A DNA stretch of 64,000 nt from Eledone cirrhosa (Eukaryota), in the NCBI GenBank assembly GCA_964016885.1, contig OZ024740.1, positions 202,058,001 through 202,122,000 of the forward strand, read 5' to 3'. Under the pieces are notes generated by a model. It saw only the letters and a list, made by a program, of their open reading frames with translations, was not told the DNA's origin and did no database searches. Of this stretch, positions 11,649-25,589 are shown one piece after another. The number at the start of each line of letters is the position of its first letter. Position 1 is the first letter of the stretch. The position numbers and the translations under genes were made by a program.

Positions 11649-13847
11649 TTACATTTTATATATATATTTAAACGTTGAGTTCAATCTATGTTTGCAAGAA
11701 CTGAAAAGATTATTCCTTAAATTAATAGAATTCTTGCTTTTTAATATAAAGAATATTTCCTCTATACAAAGAGCACAATTTTCAGAAGAAGCATTGAATG
11801 GAGGAGCTTTGGAGATAATGTTCCAAAGTAAAGAATAGTTAGTGTTCTTTGATTTTAGGTCTCATAGTAAATTAGATAGAGAAGTTGAAGATTTTTTATT
11901 TATATTCGTAAAAGAGCATTTATGGTTATTAAAACGGGACTTAAAATCTGTGGAGGTAGAGCCTACGTAATTAAATGAATTTAAATTAGTTTTTACATTA
12001 CAATTATATACTATATTTTTAACTAAACAATTATTATTTAACGGACAGTTAGATTTATTTCTACAGTTACATTTATCAAAATTTAAGTTTCTAGGAGCCG
12101 TATTATTCAGTTGGATATTGCTGGGGTTATTAATGGTATTCTGGTTAGGTTTTAAGTTTCTATTATTAATTCTATTAATATTCTGCGCTAAATTACTGGT
12201 GGTTGAATACGTTAATTTTATAGTATGTCTATTAAATATTGAGTAATACCTATGTGTTCTAGGGAAGCATTTATCTAGAGCTTTAAAGAATAATTTAGCA
12301 ATAGGAGTTTTAATACTTAATGAGAAAGGAGGAGCGAACCATAATATATTCCTAGTTCTATTTTTTTTTTTTTTTTTTTTCGAATTATTGTAAGGTTTTC
12401 TATTATAGTTGTTAAAATTATGGTTATTTGTCATATCATTAGTATCAATGTATTTAATTTTATTACTATATCCAGCTCTACCTAACGCTTCGTTATAATA
12501 TTGCGCTTTATCTTCAAAAATATTTTTATTAGCTGAAATTCTAGAAATACGTTGCTGCACAGAGTTTACTATAGTGTTTTTAACGGATCTGGGATGATTG
12601 GAATTAAAATTAACGTAGTTTAAGTTCTCATTTATTTTGTGAAATGGATAATAAAGACCTGTGTTAAGGTTTAAAGTTACATCTAGAAAGTTAACTATTT
12701 TATAATTATTCTCTATTTCTACTTTAAGATTAAGGTAATTAAAGAATTGTATAATTTCTTTTCTTTTCCTATTTATTTCACAGTTATTATTATTTTCTAT
12801 AAGTAATAGCATATCGTCGCGATATAAACCTCCGGTCATCTCCGGTATTTTCCTATATAGAGTATTATTAATAAAGAGCCCCACAAGATCCGTTATTTGG
12901 GCGGAATCGGATGACCCCATAGTGATATCGAAATTACTATCTCTGTCTGCTTTAGTCCAGAGGTGGTTGTTAAATTTAATTAATGTTTTCCATGCAGTTA
13001 ATGTATGTTTAAATGCATATGTTAGGGCTTTATTAAGTAGATTAGGCGTGATGCATGAGTAATAATTAGCAATATCCAATTGAATAAACTTATTATTATA
13101 GTTATATTTAATGTCTTTAAACCAGTCGATAACTTCGTTAGTTCCTTTCCATAATTTTAAATAAGATAATTCTTTAATTTGTGGTATGATTCTGTCTAAA
13201 ATGTTCTTGCTAAGTATGCCATGGTCCGATTTAGATGGTGCAATTAATCTAACTGGTAATTCAATTTCAAAATTCCTTTTATGGTCCTTCATATTAATTT
13301 TTGGTTTCCTTGGCATGAAGGGTTGTGTCCTATTTTCAATGCCTAATTCCTGCATTATGTAAGAAGCTTCTGTATTCAATTTTTCAAGGTCATCATAGGT
13401 TGTTGTTTTTTTTGTATTTCCTCCTTAATTCCTTTAATATAAGATCGCTATAAATATCCTTTTGCATTCCATAGAGATTGTTGGTTTTATCTGACTTGAC
13501 TAGAATTTTTTACGTTTTTTCAAAGCTTTCTATATTATTTTTGAGATTTCTTAGGTAATCCTGGCCTATGAAGTTGTTTGTTTTTTTAATTTAATGCTTT
13601 GAATGATAGAGATGATTTCATTTTCAAAATCCATTAGTAGTTTGTTGGAAGGTAGATTCTTTTTAGATTTGAAGATTCTATCGAGATTGGAAATATTCTC
13701 TTTTGCATCAGATTTATCGAAGTGGAAAGCACGCCACCTGAGTCTTCTTATAAATGAGTCTGATTTTTCTATTAATTGTTTTATAAAATCTTTATTCCTA
13801 GGTAAAGGTATGTCCTTTAGAGAAGAAGAGATCTTAAAGAATTCCAT
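11649..13847 (-). pseudogene. PLE RT / GIY-YIG endonuclease ORF, disrupted
   Basis: IRRLRWRAFHF, KSDKT, LPVRLIAP, FIQLDIANYY, FDITMGS, GLYRDD, VNFLDVTLNL, CNCRNKSNCPL, IVY...YVGST..FKSRFNNHK, CALC..CKHR; stops or frameshifts near 13566, 13400 and 11862. Confidence 0.9.
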
Positions 13848-14177
13848 TATTTTTCAGTTATAATTTAAAGCGCTCGACAGTAAAGGAGCAAAATATATGT
13901 AGAGGTTATATTTAATTTGTTGGGATATAACAAGCAAAATATTTTTATAACTGATATAAAGCACTCAACAAATTATTGGAGTAAATATACAATATATTAA
14001 CAAATGGAAACTATATTATCCAACGGCTTAATTTAAATATACTGTTATTTAAACCTTTCCGACACTAATTTGCATAATAAACCAACAATAAATCTAATAA
14101 CTCCACTATCCAGGAGATTCCAACCAGAATTGTTGCATTTTTTCAGGGTATGTCAATATTTATTTATAAACCTAACC

Positions 14178-14360
14178 TGTGGATTAGCAGTATCGGTAGA
14201 GGGTCGGACGCCATGCTTTCCAGCATAGTTACGTCCCTTTACGATCTGAGTTCAAATCCCGCCGAGGTTGACTTTGCCTTTCATCCTTACGGGGTCGATA
14301 AAATAAAGTACCAGTAATGCACTGGGTAATTGCTGGCCTTGCGCCTAAAGTAGAAACAAT
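14178..14360 (+). mobile_element. SINE family A inserted in the inverted pLTR
   Basis: Full SINE copy splits otherwise contiguous pLTR sequence (10250 / 10236 junction). Confidence 0.85.
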
Positions 14361-14362
14361 TA

Positions 14363-14428
14363 TATTTTATCTGATGAAAGCGCACCATAGTTTGCCTTGG
14401 TGGCCCTTGAAATATGTATAATGAAATA
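14363..14428 (+). ncRNA. Hammerhead ribozyme in the inverted 5' pLTR
   Basis: Reverse complement of 10169-10234; CTGATGA 14371-14377; GAAA 14409-14412. Confidence 0.8.
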
Positions 14429-14532
14429 AATATGGTTTTATAAATATAGTTTCCATTTGTTAATATATTGTATATATATATAGAGAGAGAGAGAGGGAGA
14501 GAGGGGGGGGGGAGAGATACAGACAGATAGAT

Positions 14533-17347
14533 TTTTTTATTTGCCACAAGGGCGCACAAGAAAAGGGGACAATACAAAGACATGCCGGGGATTTTACATA
14601 CAGTCGTGTAAAAAATATAAAACAAACAATTATAACAATCGAAATCCCCAATAGGGGGGAGGCGCCACAAATGGGTTGTTTAATACCCCGTCGATAGAAC
14701 AATCCTCAACTTCAGGAGCGTGTTGTGCAAGTGCTCCTTTCTTCCTTTTGCTCTCTTCTTTAACCTACAGGCTTATAAACAGAGAAGGTCCAATCACTCG
14801 GGCCATTTTCGCTTCAGTCACCCACCTTTCAGTAAATTTACTGGGGTGCAGTGCCTCTCTCTCCACTCTGATTCTCCTTCGAAAGTGATACTTAAAGAAG
14901 GGAATCAATTGTTGTCCGGAGAGAAAGGCATCTGTCTTCAGTCCTCTCAATCTCGTCCACCATATAACTTCTTTCACCATAGCCACTGTACAGAGGAAAA
15001 CCGCCTCTCTTTCGTTTTTGAAAGAGGCTGGCGGTTTGATACTTACTATGGACTCGGCAGTCAACTGGATTTGTCCGATACGCGACAGCAGTTGTTCTGC
15101 ATAGTTCCACAGGTCGGTTACTCCCGGGCAGTGTACAATTACGTGCAGGACGGTTTCAATGTCCTGCGCGCATCTTGGATACGTCCTCTTGGAAGGATCC
15201 CTGTCGGGGCGTCCGTGCCTGTAGATCTTGTCACGAACTGATAGAGCTCCTCGGTAGCACTGCCAGGCCGACCTCTGGAAGTTGTCCATAGGTCCCTGGC
15301 GGAAAGTCTTACCAAACAGACTGGTGAGCTCATCGTCTTCGACGCCCAGAGTATCTCCGAGCACATCGTCGCCCTTGTAACGTACAATCCCTCTATAGAA
15401 TGTCGAAGTGGAGTCTCCACTGATTGCTGTGCCCGCTTGCCAGAGGACTGTGAGAGCCTGAGCACATTCAATGTGCCAGACGCCCATCGTTTTCGGTCTT
15501 TTCTTCACCCAGGACTGCAGCTCCTGAAGTTGAGCCTGTCTCACAAACGGTGCCCACACCGGTTGGGGGTCGGTGAGGAATACCTAGAGATGCCGCAGCC
15601 TCAGCGCATGTTTGCGCACATCAGCCACTGCATGCCCAGCCCTCCGTTGGAAGGGTGCTGACAGCAGACGGATCTCCTCACCAGCGGAGCCTGCTTCTTC
15701 CACAGAAACTGGAAGAGCATGCGTTCCATCTTGGCGAGGTGTTCACGGGAACAAGGCACGACAGTCAAGCGGTAGTAGATGACGGACGCTATGAAAGTGT
15801 TCGCCACCTCCGCTCGACCTTTGAAGGACAGTTTTGAACTCTGCCCACTTCTGGGTGAGCGCAAACACCTTGGTCGTAACCTCGTTCCAGTTTTTCTCCA
15901 CTTGGAGGTCTGGACCGAACCAGACCCCGAGCAATTTCACCGGTCCGTCCGTCCAGCGTCCAACGTCGCTGTCGGACGTCATCGGTTTGCCTCTCCACGT
16001 ACCGAGTTGCAAACCGACAGACTTGTCCGGGTTTAGTTTTTACTCCCGTCAGCGTTTCGTATTCTTTCAGTAAGTTGCCGATCACCCCGATTTCCGAGGT
16101 GCTCGACACCATTACCGTTACGTCGTCGGCATAAGCCGACGCCGCTTTGCGCAGTCCCGGTTCTAGAAGGATGCCCTGCAACAGCTCCAATTTCCGCAGT
16201 AGTGGTTCTAGAGTCAATACATACAGAATGGAGGAGAGAGGGCATCCCTATTGAATGGAACGCGTGATTGCGAACGGCTCCGATAGGTAGCTGTTCACCT
16301 TGACCCTCGAGCAGATGCTGGTGTGCATCGCCTCGATCCATCCTCTGAAAACGGGACCGAAACCGGCCGCCTTGAGAACCGCTTCCAAGTATCGATGGTC
16401 GACCCTATCGAATGCCTTAGACTGATCCAAATTGATCAGAGCCCCACCGAAGCCGGGTTTACTACCCACCCTCTCTATGATGTATCGCATGAGGTGGAGG
16501 TTGTCGTGTATGGACCTGGTCGGCATTGCACACGTTTGCGCTTTCCCTACCAGGTTCTCGACTACAAGCGCCAACCTCGTCGCTAGCACCTTGGCCAAAA
16601 TCTTTAACTCTGTTGAGCAGAGTTATGGGCCTGAAGTTGTTAATTTCGTCCCCCTTGTTCTCGTCTTTCCTGATCAGCGTTACTACGCCCTTGTCTGAAG
16701 AACTGGGAATTCTCCCGTTCTGCTGCCAATTGCAGTAGACAGCTTCGAGGACGCCAGAGAACAAGTCCGGCATGCCTATGTAAAACTCATAGGGTAGACC
16801 ATCTAGACCGGGTGACTTGCGTTTCCCGCAGCGGCCCAGAGTGTCCCGTATCTCAGTGTCCGTGATCGGTCTTTCGCAGAACTCGGCGTCCGTGTTCGAG
16901 AGACGCGGCAGGCCGTCCAGGTATGAACTAAAGTCCATTGCCCCGTTCGGCTCACCGTCGTTCTTCTCAAACAGTCCGCAAAGTGCTGCTGAAAGGCCGC
17001 GTACATTTGCTTGGGGTCAAGTAGCACGCGTCTAGGATACCATTCCAATCCCCCACTAAAAGTAAGGCGCGAGACGTTCCCAGAAAAGACTCTAGACGCT
17101 TAAAAAAGTTTGGCCGTGATTGCGATTGCGCGGTCGGGGCATAAACCTCCAATACTGTTCACGTCTAGGACTACCAGTCTACCCTCCGGGTCCAAGTGTA
17201 CTTGCTGTACTTCGACGTCCAGGTTCTTCCGAAACATGACAGCCACTCCCTCTCCACCTCCTGGCTGACAGAGAGATGCGTAGATCTCAAAGACGTCGAA
17301 GATGGGGGTTAGTTGCTGCCTGTTGTGGATCCTGGACTCGGTGATGT
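14533..17347 (-). mobile_element. Tx1/L1-clade LINE, 5'-truncated, frameshifted ORF2 (APE endonuclease, RT, CCHC)
   Basis: VYAP, VGDWN, KSPGLDGLPYEFY, NFRPITLLN, LDQSKAFDRVDH, SAYADDV, CAQDIETVLHVIVHC; aataaa plus A tail; 12-bp TSD agacagatagat at 14521-14532 and 17348-17359. Confidence 0.9.
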
Positions 17348-17604
17348 AGACAGATAGATAGATAGATAGCTATAGATAATCGTTGTTTTACTGCTGACCA
17401 ACTTGTCAACACTGTATGAGAGAGGTTGAGACAAAGAAATCAAATTACCATTTCCCAAACCTATTTAGTGATTGTTATAAATCCCGCCGAGGTTAACTTT
17501 GCCTTTCATCCTTACCGGGTCGATAAAATAAAGTACCAGTAATGTACTGGCCTTGTGCCTAAAGTAGAAACAGTTATATTATAATGATACATGTATTATA
17601 TACA

Positions 17605-17712
17605 CAGGGTGTCCACCAAAAATGTATACATACTTTGATTACCTGTACAGGCAATATTTATAAGTTATTGAAGTGTGTATACATTTTTTTTTGGGGGGGG
17701 GGGGACACCCTG
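17605..17712. mobile_element. Tc1/mariner-type MITE
   Basis: TIRs cagggtgtcc...aaaaatgtataca / tgtatacatttt...ggacaccctg. Confidence 0.75.
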
Positions 17713-17965
17713 TGTGTGTGTGTGTGTATACACATAAATATAGATATACACACATATATATTTATATACATACATAAATATAGATATACACATATACACA
17801 CACACATCATCATCAGCAACATTGTCATTTAACGTCCGTTTTCCCTGCTACATACACACACATATATATAATATAATTGTTTTTACTTTTTGGCACAAGG
17901 CCAGCAATCACCTAGGGCATTACTGGTACTTTATTTTATCGACCCCGTAAGGATGATATAATGAA

Positions 17966-18008
<43 letters not shown>

Positions 18009-18044
18009 CATTTTTTTTTTACACAATAAACAACACAATATAAT

Positions 18045-18200
18045 TATTCCATTACCAAAGGTTTCGAGAAACTAGACGATCCTTACAGAAACGTCCAGCT
18101 CGTTCATCAAACGAAATAGTTATAACTATTTCATCTAATGAACGAGCTGGGTGTTTCTGTAAGGATCGTCTAGTTTCTCGAAACCTTTGGTAATGGAATA
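18045..18200. repeat. 78-bp-arm spacerless palindrome carrying two core-mutated hammerheads
   Basis: Centre gttataac at 18119-18126. Plus arm: tatttcat CTAATGA...GAAA cctttgg TA atggaata. Minus arm has TTGATGA. Confidence 0.9.
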
Positions 18201-18250
18201 TAATTTAATAGCTCTGTACTATACATAGAGCACTCTTCTTTCCTTTACCT

Positions 18251-18348
18251 TTTGGAATCTCCTGGATAGTGGAGTTATTAGATTTATTCTTGGTTTATTA
18301 TGCAAATTAGCTTGTTGTATCCCAACAAATTAAATATAACCTCTACAA
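18251..18348. mobile_element. Internally inverted fragment of the same PLE pLTR
   Basis: 18251-18310 matches about 10296-10355; 18311-18347 matches the reverse complement of about 13899-13935. Confidence 0.7.
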
Positions 18349-19029
18349 TATATATTATATATATTTAATATATATTATATAGGTGAATTGGCAGTATCGG
18401 TAGAGGGTTGGATGCCATGCTTTCTAGCATAGTTACGTCCCTTTACAGTCTGAGTTCAAATCCCGCCGAGGTTAACTTTGCCTTTCATCCTTACGGGGTC
18501 GATAAAATAAAGTACCAGTAATGTACTGAGAAATTGCTGACCTTGTGTCTAAAGTAGAAACAATTATATATATATGATATATATAATATAATATATATAT
18601 ATGATATAACATAATATAATATAATATAAAATTATATAATTGTGTGTGTTTTAGGAAGGAATATCACCATGTATCTGATGTCTTCAATATTTTATTACAA
18701 TTGCCAACAACAGACATTATGTAACTGGAATGATCCATGATTAGGAATGTTGGAAATTTGGTCAACGCTGACCTTGTAATTAAAAACGGAAGTCCATGTT
18801 TCGTACTCAGAGAGAACATTCCATATATCACACACTTCCACTAACATTGCATCTGCTGTCTTCAAATGAGAAGGTAAGTGGAAATAAACTTTATTACACA
18901 ATCTACATTTACAGAAGAATGGAAGAAAGGCGGCCGGCCTCTGGAGACGATTAAGATGGCAGTTTGTGTTTGTTTAATTGTGTAATAATGATGAAGGAAT
19001 TTAGTTGATCACATCACTTGCTGTAGAGA

Positions 19030-19063
<34 letters not shown>

Positions 19064-19369
19064 AAATATATATACATATATATAGGTCATTTTATATGAA
19101 TTCTACTAAGACAGGAGAAAGAGGAAGAGATCAGGCAAGTGCGGCGAAGTTGGAGAGGGGGGGGGGGGGGTGATATAGCGTTGGAATTTGTAGTGTAGGG
19201 AGGTGAGGGGGAGGAAGCTAGCTGAACGAGGAGAGAGAAAGAGAGGGAGGAAGATAGAAGCGAGGGAAAGGTCTTGGTGAAAAGTAGCGGCAAGAGGGAA
19301 AGATGAAAAAGAAAGAGATAGTGAGGGAATTAGGAGTAGGAAAGGTGTTGGTGGTTAAAGGGATAGATT

Positions 19370-19406
<37 letters not shown>

Positions 19407-19532
19407 GGGCGGGGTAGATGGAGATAGAGAGAAAAAGGTAAGGGAGTAAGATCGAAGTAGGAAAGGTCTCAATGAAAGATAGCGGTAAGAGGAAGGGATG
19501 CTGACGGATGCTGATGGAGGAAAGAGTAAACC

Positions 19533-19570
<38 letters not shown>

Positions 19571-20103
19571 GAGGAGGCGACTACGTTCTTCCAATATGCC
19601 CACCATTACTTCCTTATTAGTTCTCACACTCAGCCTACTTGGTACCACCATCCCAGTAAATAGTAGAAAACTTACAAATAAAACAATAAACTGAACGAGA
19701 AAAAAAGTTACAAACTACACGTTTTAAAAAACTGTTTCTTTCCAGAATGTATATTTTTTGTTTTGAAACTCAATTTGAACTCGGAAATTTCTGCAGAAAA
19801 TGTCATCTGCTATTTAAAAGTTAAAAATAATAATAATAAAGAAGAGATATTTAAGAATGGATTGTCACATAGTGGGGGATCAGTTGGTACTGACAATATC
19901 TGTAATTAATCGATTTTGTACTCAATAACCAACGCTAAGGTACAGAGATTCAGCAACACAGTAGATTGTAGCATGTTCTCCTTTCGTCACAGAGCAGGTG
20001 CTGAATTCATAGATAGGTAGTCTGCTGTTGTCCCTACCTATCAGATCTGCCTAGCAAAGATTCTTAAGGGCTGATTTGAAATCAGTCACCAGAATCTACA
20101 GGA

Positions 20104-20385
<282 letters not shown>

Positions 20386-21686
20386 TACGTTTCCACACAC
20401 ATATCCACCCAGACACCCACATATGCGATAATATAGCCATTATTAACCAACCCAAGAATTATCTCGATCCAACTAGTGATTGCATCCAGGTTTGTTTTCT
20501 TCTTTTTCATTAACATTTGTCATATTTCGTAATTTATTAGAAATAACTCTCTGTTCTTAATTCTTGTACACCATTCCTGATTTCGATATTAATTCATTTA
20601 TAAATTCAGCAAAGCATCGATATAATTGTCCGAACGTAACAATATTATCGATGTCTGCCATACAAACGAATATTTATTGTTTAAATCACATTTCTTTGCA
20701 GTGCTGTTCAACAAGGGGCCACTTAATTTTATTTACTTTCTTGAGAAAATTGCGTAATAATTTTTAGCTGAGCTTTAAAGTAATTCGTCCCTTTTTTTTG
20801 TTACGTCTTCTCTCTATCAAAAGATGTCTTTTAAATAATTCCTCTTCATTGGGGAATATTCGTTGTTGTTTTTTAAGGGATGTTTTCGTGTGCCTTAAAA
20901 ATATTTCTCTACAAACACCTGCTTTTAAAAACAATTAAAATTACATAAAACCTGCTGGTTTTGAGATGTTTTTTTTTGTTCATCAAAGTGATGTAAAATA
21001 TTAAATAAAGTTTTTTCTTCAGAAGCAAAAGATTATTTTTTCTTTTCACTCTTTCTCCTATTTAATAATATTTAAAAACATTTTTTTTTAAATTAAATCT
21101 GTTTGACAATTAAAAAAGATGTGTGTGTGTGCATGTATTTTGTTGTTTCAACACAGCAAATAAAAAGGATTTATCTTTTCTACATGTAAAGTGATACATT
21201 CTTGAGTCACATCAGCGTAATATCTTCCTTTCTACAAGACATATTTAAAGCAAATATGTCTTCAACAATTATGTTCTATTAGAAGAATGTTTTTAATGAA
21301 ATTTTTCTGTTTCATATAAAGCTATTTCTCAACGAATTTTATAATTAATAGATAATTACAACATATTTTCATTTTTCAAAGAGTCTTGTCTCACCTAAGA
21401 TATTTTGGTTTCGTTTTTTTAAACATTTCTCTTCATCGCTATTTTTTCTGTCGAACCATGGTCGTTGTCAGTGTGTTTATGTTATGTTTTCTATTTCTAA
21501 GCACATGTGCTTACAGCTTGCACCTCCTCCATCTCTCGCACTTCCCTCAACGGGGAGGGATTTTTTTCTGCTCCACGTCTAAATTCAACCTTCTCACACA
21601 TTTCCCCCACTTTGCGTTAATCAACCTAAATTCAAATCCGCTTTATACCCAACCACGTAGCTTTGATTATATATATAGAGAGATAG

Positions 21687-21835
<149 letters not shown>

Positions 21836-21980
21836 CATATATATATATATATATATTACATATATATATATATATATATATACATTACATATATATTTTA
21901 TGAAATACTGTTGGCTTCTTGCTCACATTAATTTCTCTATTTTCATTTATATATTACATATATACATATATATATATATA

Positions 21981-22075
<95 letters not shown>

Positions 22076-22171
22076 CATATATATATAAATATATATACAT
22101 ATATATATATAATATATAGATATATAAGATATATATATATATAATACATATATATAATATATATCTATATC

Positions 22172-22205
<34 letters not shown>

Positions 22206-22655
22206 TTATATATATATTATTTTTATGTATATATGATAAATGACAATATCACTAGATATATAATAATATAGCTAGATATATATATTTGTGTATGATTGTC
22301 ACTGAATTCTTTGTTTTACAGTAGCTTCCAGACAGAGTTCTCTGCTCCATATTTATATTTTTATTCAAATATTTTCTTCCGTCGAATAGCGTACTAACCA
22401 TGCTTATCTGTTTAAAGAGGAGGAGTTTACAAAAAAAAATCCCCGCCTGTTTTTCAACCACATGTGTGTGTAGGCAATAGTCACAGTTCATGTGTGTATA
22501 TATATGTATATATATATATGTGCGTGTGTGTGTGTGTATCCCGGGTTCAGTCAGGGAATAACTACAGTAAGTAAGGTACTCAAAAAATAGTAGAGTATAT
22601 AGAAATGGCTTCTACAGGACTAGAACTGTTTCATTCGAAGAAAATCATCAGGAAT

Positions 22656-22693
<38 letters not shown>

Positions 22694-22804
22694 TGCAAAC
22701 TCGCATGTATATATGTATATATATATACGTACATGCCAGTTTGTAATTTTATTTAAGTCTACCTTAGTATATATGAAGGTGTATGCAATCATTGCTCTAG
22801 TATA

Positions 22805-22835
<31 letters not shown>

Positions 22836-23995
22836 GTGTGTATGTATATTTGTTCAGTAGAAATTGTCTATATAATCACTAGCTTTACGCCATAAATTAT
22901 TATATGTAACTATATCACACAAGTATGACCACCCCGTCCTTTTGTATAACAGGCATTAATTGTCATATTTTATTTAACTGCTGTTTTTAGCAAGCCAAAC
23001 AACTGTGGCACACACACACACACACACAACATATATATATATATATATAAATGAATATATATATATATGTGCGTGTGTGTATATATATATAAATATTTAT
23101 TTATTTATGTATGTGTGTGTATACAGGCTCTGGCGTTCTCGTATTGCAGTAATCCTGCAATAGATATAAACAGCCCCTTTCTTAAATCTTTGCACACACA
23201 TACACACGTGTGTGTGTGTGTGGTGGTCTATCAATTCAGCAAAACAAGTCAGTCTTCGAGATTATTTTTTTTAATTCTTCGGTATTTTTGTTGATAATGA
23301 AGAAGATACGTGTTTTCTTAATGTAAATGACAAGAATGAAAAATAAACATTTTGGTTTTTTCATCTTCCTACGTCATTAAACCACTTACTCATTCATTCT
23401 CTCTCTCTTTCTTTCTCCCTCTCTCTCTCTCTCTCTCTCTCGTTCATTCATTTATTTTCCGAACGACTTTCATATCTCACTATGTTGTTTTGCTTGTTTT
23501 CTTCATTATCTTTCATTTTTATTTTACTTTTTACCCGATTTACTAAACTAAAAAATAAAAATAAAATGTTTATAGAAAAATATAATTGTTTCTACTTTTG
23601 GCACAAGGCCAGCAATTATCCCAGTACATTACTGGTACTTTATTTTATCGACCCCGTAAGGATGAAAGGCAAAGTAAACCTCGGCGATATAATCTCAGTT
23701 AATCTTAAATCTAAATTTGTTTTCGTCCTCAATCTCAAATCTGTCTTTCTTTGAATACTTCGTCAGCTTTCCTCGCCACCTGTAGGAAACTGTTGCTGTT
23801 CTTTAAAATATTTCTTCAGCAACAAACTTTCAGCACACCACGCACACCCCTCCACCAAAAAAGTTAATTTTTTAAAGCAAACTTAAAAAGTTAATTTATT
23901 AAAGAGAACTCAATTGTATATAATTTAATAGAAATTTAATGCATTGAGAATATATGTCTGTGTGCATATGTATGTCTATCGCTACATATATTTAA

Positions 23996-24396
23996 CCCTT
24001 TCGTTGCAATATTTCTAAGATACACTGCTAATTTTTAAATAATTAATAAATTAGAAGGGTTTAGTAATAAAACTAACTTTTTCATTAATAGGCTGATTGG
24101 AGCACAACGTGAAGATTTTTACTTAAAATGATGAAGGTTCATTTCTTTGACCCTTGTGGTGTGTGATCGATTGACGCACTTGGTATTGAATTGGTGGCGG
24201 GGGGGGGGGGGGGGGTCTCGTTTTGATCATATATTTTTGCGCATTATATTTATAAGATTCCTAACAATAATTAAATGTATTTATTATATGTTTATACACA
24301 CAAATAATATACAATATATATATATACTTTAAAATAAACTGTGTTGCATCATAGAACAACCAGGGGCAGTATTTGATGACTTGGAAATCAAAAGGG
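23996..24396. mobile_element. piggyBac-like MITE
   Basis: TTAA|CCCTTT ... AAAGGG|TTAA termini; no ORF. Confidence 0.6.
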
Positions 24397-24603
24397 TTAA
24401 TAGTGTATACATCCAACTGTTGCTAGCAGGAAAAATGGATGTTGATGATCATGGTGGTGGTGGTGATGGTGGTGGTGGTGGTGATGAAATAGTATTAGAT
24501 AAGAATATTTTAAAACTAAATAATTAATTTTGTATCCAGATCTTTACATTTATTTAACTATATCAGTGTTAAACTGTTTAACAATTGTCTTGTAATAATT
24601 TAA

Positions 24604-24836
24604 CCCTTTTGAAACTAGCCCTGGTTCTCTGATACAATCCAAAGATGTTAATTTTATAGTACTTGTATTTATCTAAAAAGCTTCCATCATAATTTTATGT
24701 AAGAACTTTTATGCTATGTTCCAAACATCAGCTTAATAGTGAGAACGTTAGTTATATAATCAAATTCTTGATTATTTTCAAAATGATTTGAAAACCTTAG
24801 GCAGTATCTTTCATTAGAAATATGGTAACGAAAGAG
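24604..24836. mobile_element. piggyBac-like MITE (~240 bp family)
   Basis: TTAA|CCCTTT ... AAAGAG|TTAA; related copies at 55745-55991, 45382-46534 (with nested inserts), about 40140-40666 and about 44410. Confidence 0.65.
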
Positions 24837-25461
24837 TTAAAGCATCTATATATCTGCTTTAACCTGTGCATGGTTGTTGAAGCCAGGATTAGCAGTACTC
24901 ACGCTATGTTAATGCTGACTACTAATGATGTAATGGTTACATCTATGATGAGAGCTTATGTAAATCCACCCCCCTCTAGTCACAAACCACTTACAACAGC
25001 AACAACTGAGGAATCTTCTTCAACATCTATCTTGATCTTTTTCAATTATTTTCAAATATCTTTTTCATTCATTGATTCTATATTGAGCAAACTTTTTTCT
25101 CCAGAACAATTGAGCCTACTAATAAACGTTTGTATGTGTGTATGTATCACTTTTTCTTTATATATATATGTGTGTATGCCTCAATAAAATGTACCCAGCC
25201 CTCTCTGTAAAATAGTCGTGCTGGTGCCATGATAAAAATCACCAAGTCCACCCTGCAAGGCAGTGGTACTGGTGCCATGAAAAAATGTACCCAGTACATC
25301 CTGTAAAGTGATTGGCATTAGAAAGGGCATCTTGTTGTAGAAACCATGGCAAAATGGAACGTATTAGCGCGACATAGTCACCTGACCTCAAAACGTGACA
25401 AACTGCCTAATACATGCCAGGAAGAGATCTGATATATTATGTTATATATTTTTGATCATAC

Positions 25462-25556
25462 ACAAAAGTGCTACCTAAGGTTTCAAGGCCTAATCTAAGT
25501 GCCTATTTGGAGATATTGTCAATATTGAACCTTGAAACCTTAGGTAGCACTTTTGT
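25462..25556. repeat. 27-bp-arm inverted repeat containing a hammerhead-like 3' half
   Basis: 25462-25488 vs 25530-25556; the arm reads cctt GAAA cct-t-agg TA gcac. Confidence 0.85.
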
Positions 25557-25589
25557 TCTGTGTATGAACATTAATAAATGACATATATA

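Larger units (their letters stand above)
10034..14472 (-). mobile_element. Penelope-like retroelement (Naiad-type) with 3' pLTR, partial tandem and inverted 5' pLTR
   Basis: RT and GIY-YIG ORF on minus; about 13895-14017 directly repeats 10034-10155; 14019-14170 and 14361-14472 are inverted copies of 10250-10400 and 10124-10236; flanked by (TA)n. Confidence 0.9.

Noticed and set aside
11862-11864. In-frame TGA in the PLE endonuclease read as selenocysteine (reported for some Naiads)
   Set aside because: It aligns to the Trp of LSxxxWxLK, not to a Cys; the ORF has other lesions and no SECIS was recognised.
14178-14270. tRNA gene
   Set aside because: Only A/B-box-like SINE heads; no cloverleaf.
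22615-22656. Minus-strand CTGATGA...GAAAcagTT hammerhead candidate
   Set aside because: Core boxes are present but stem I does not pair; counted only as a relic.
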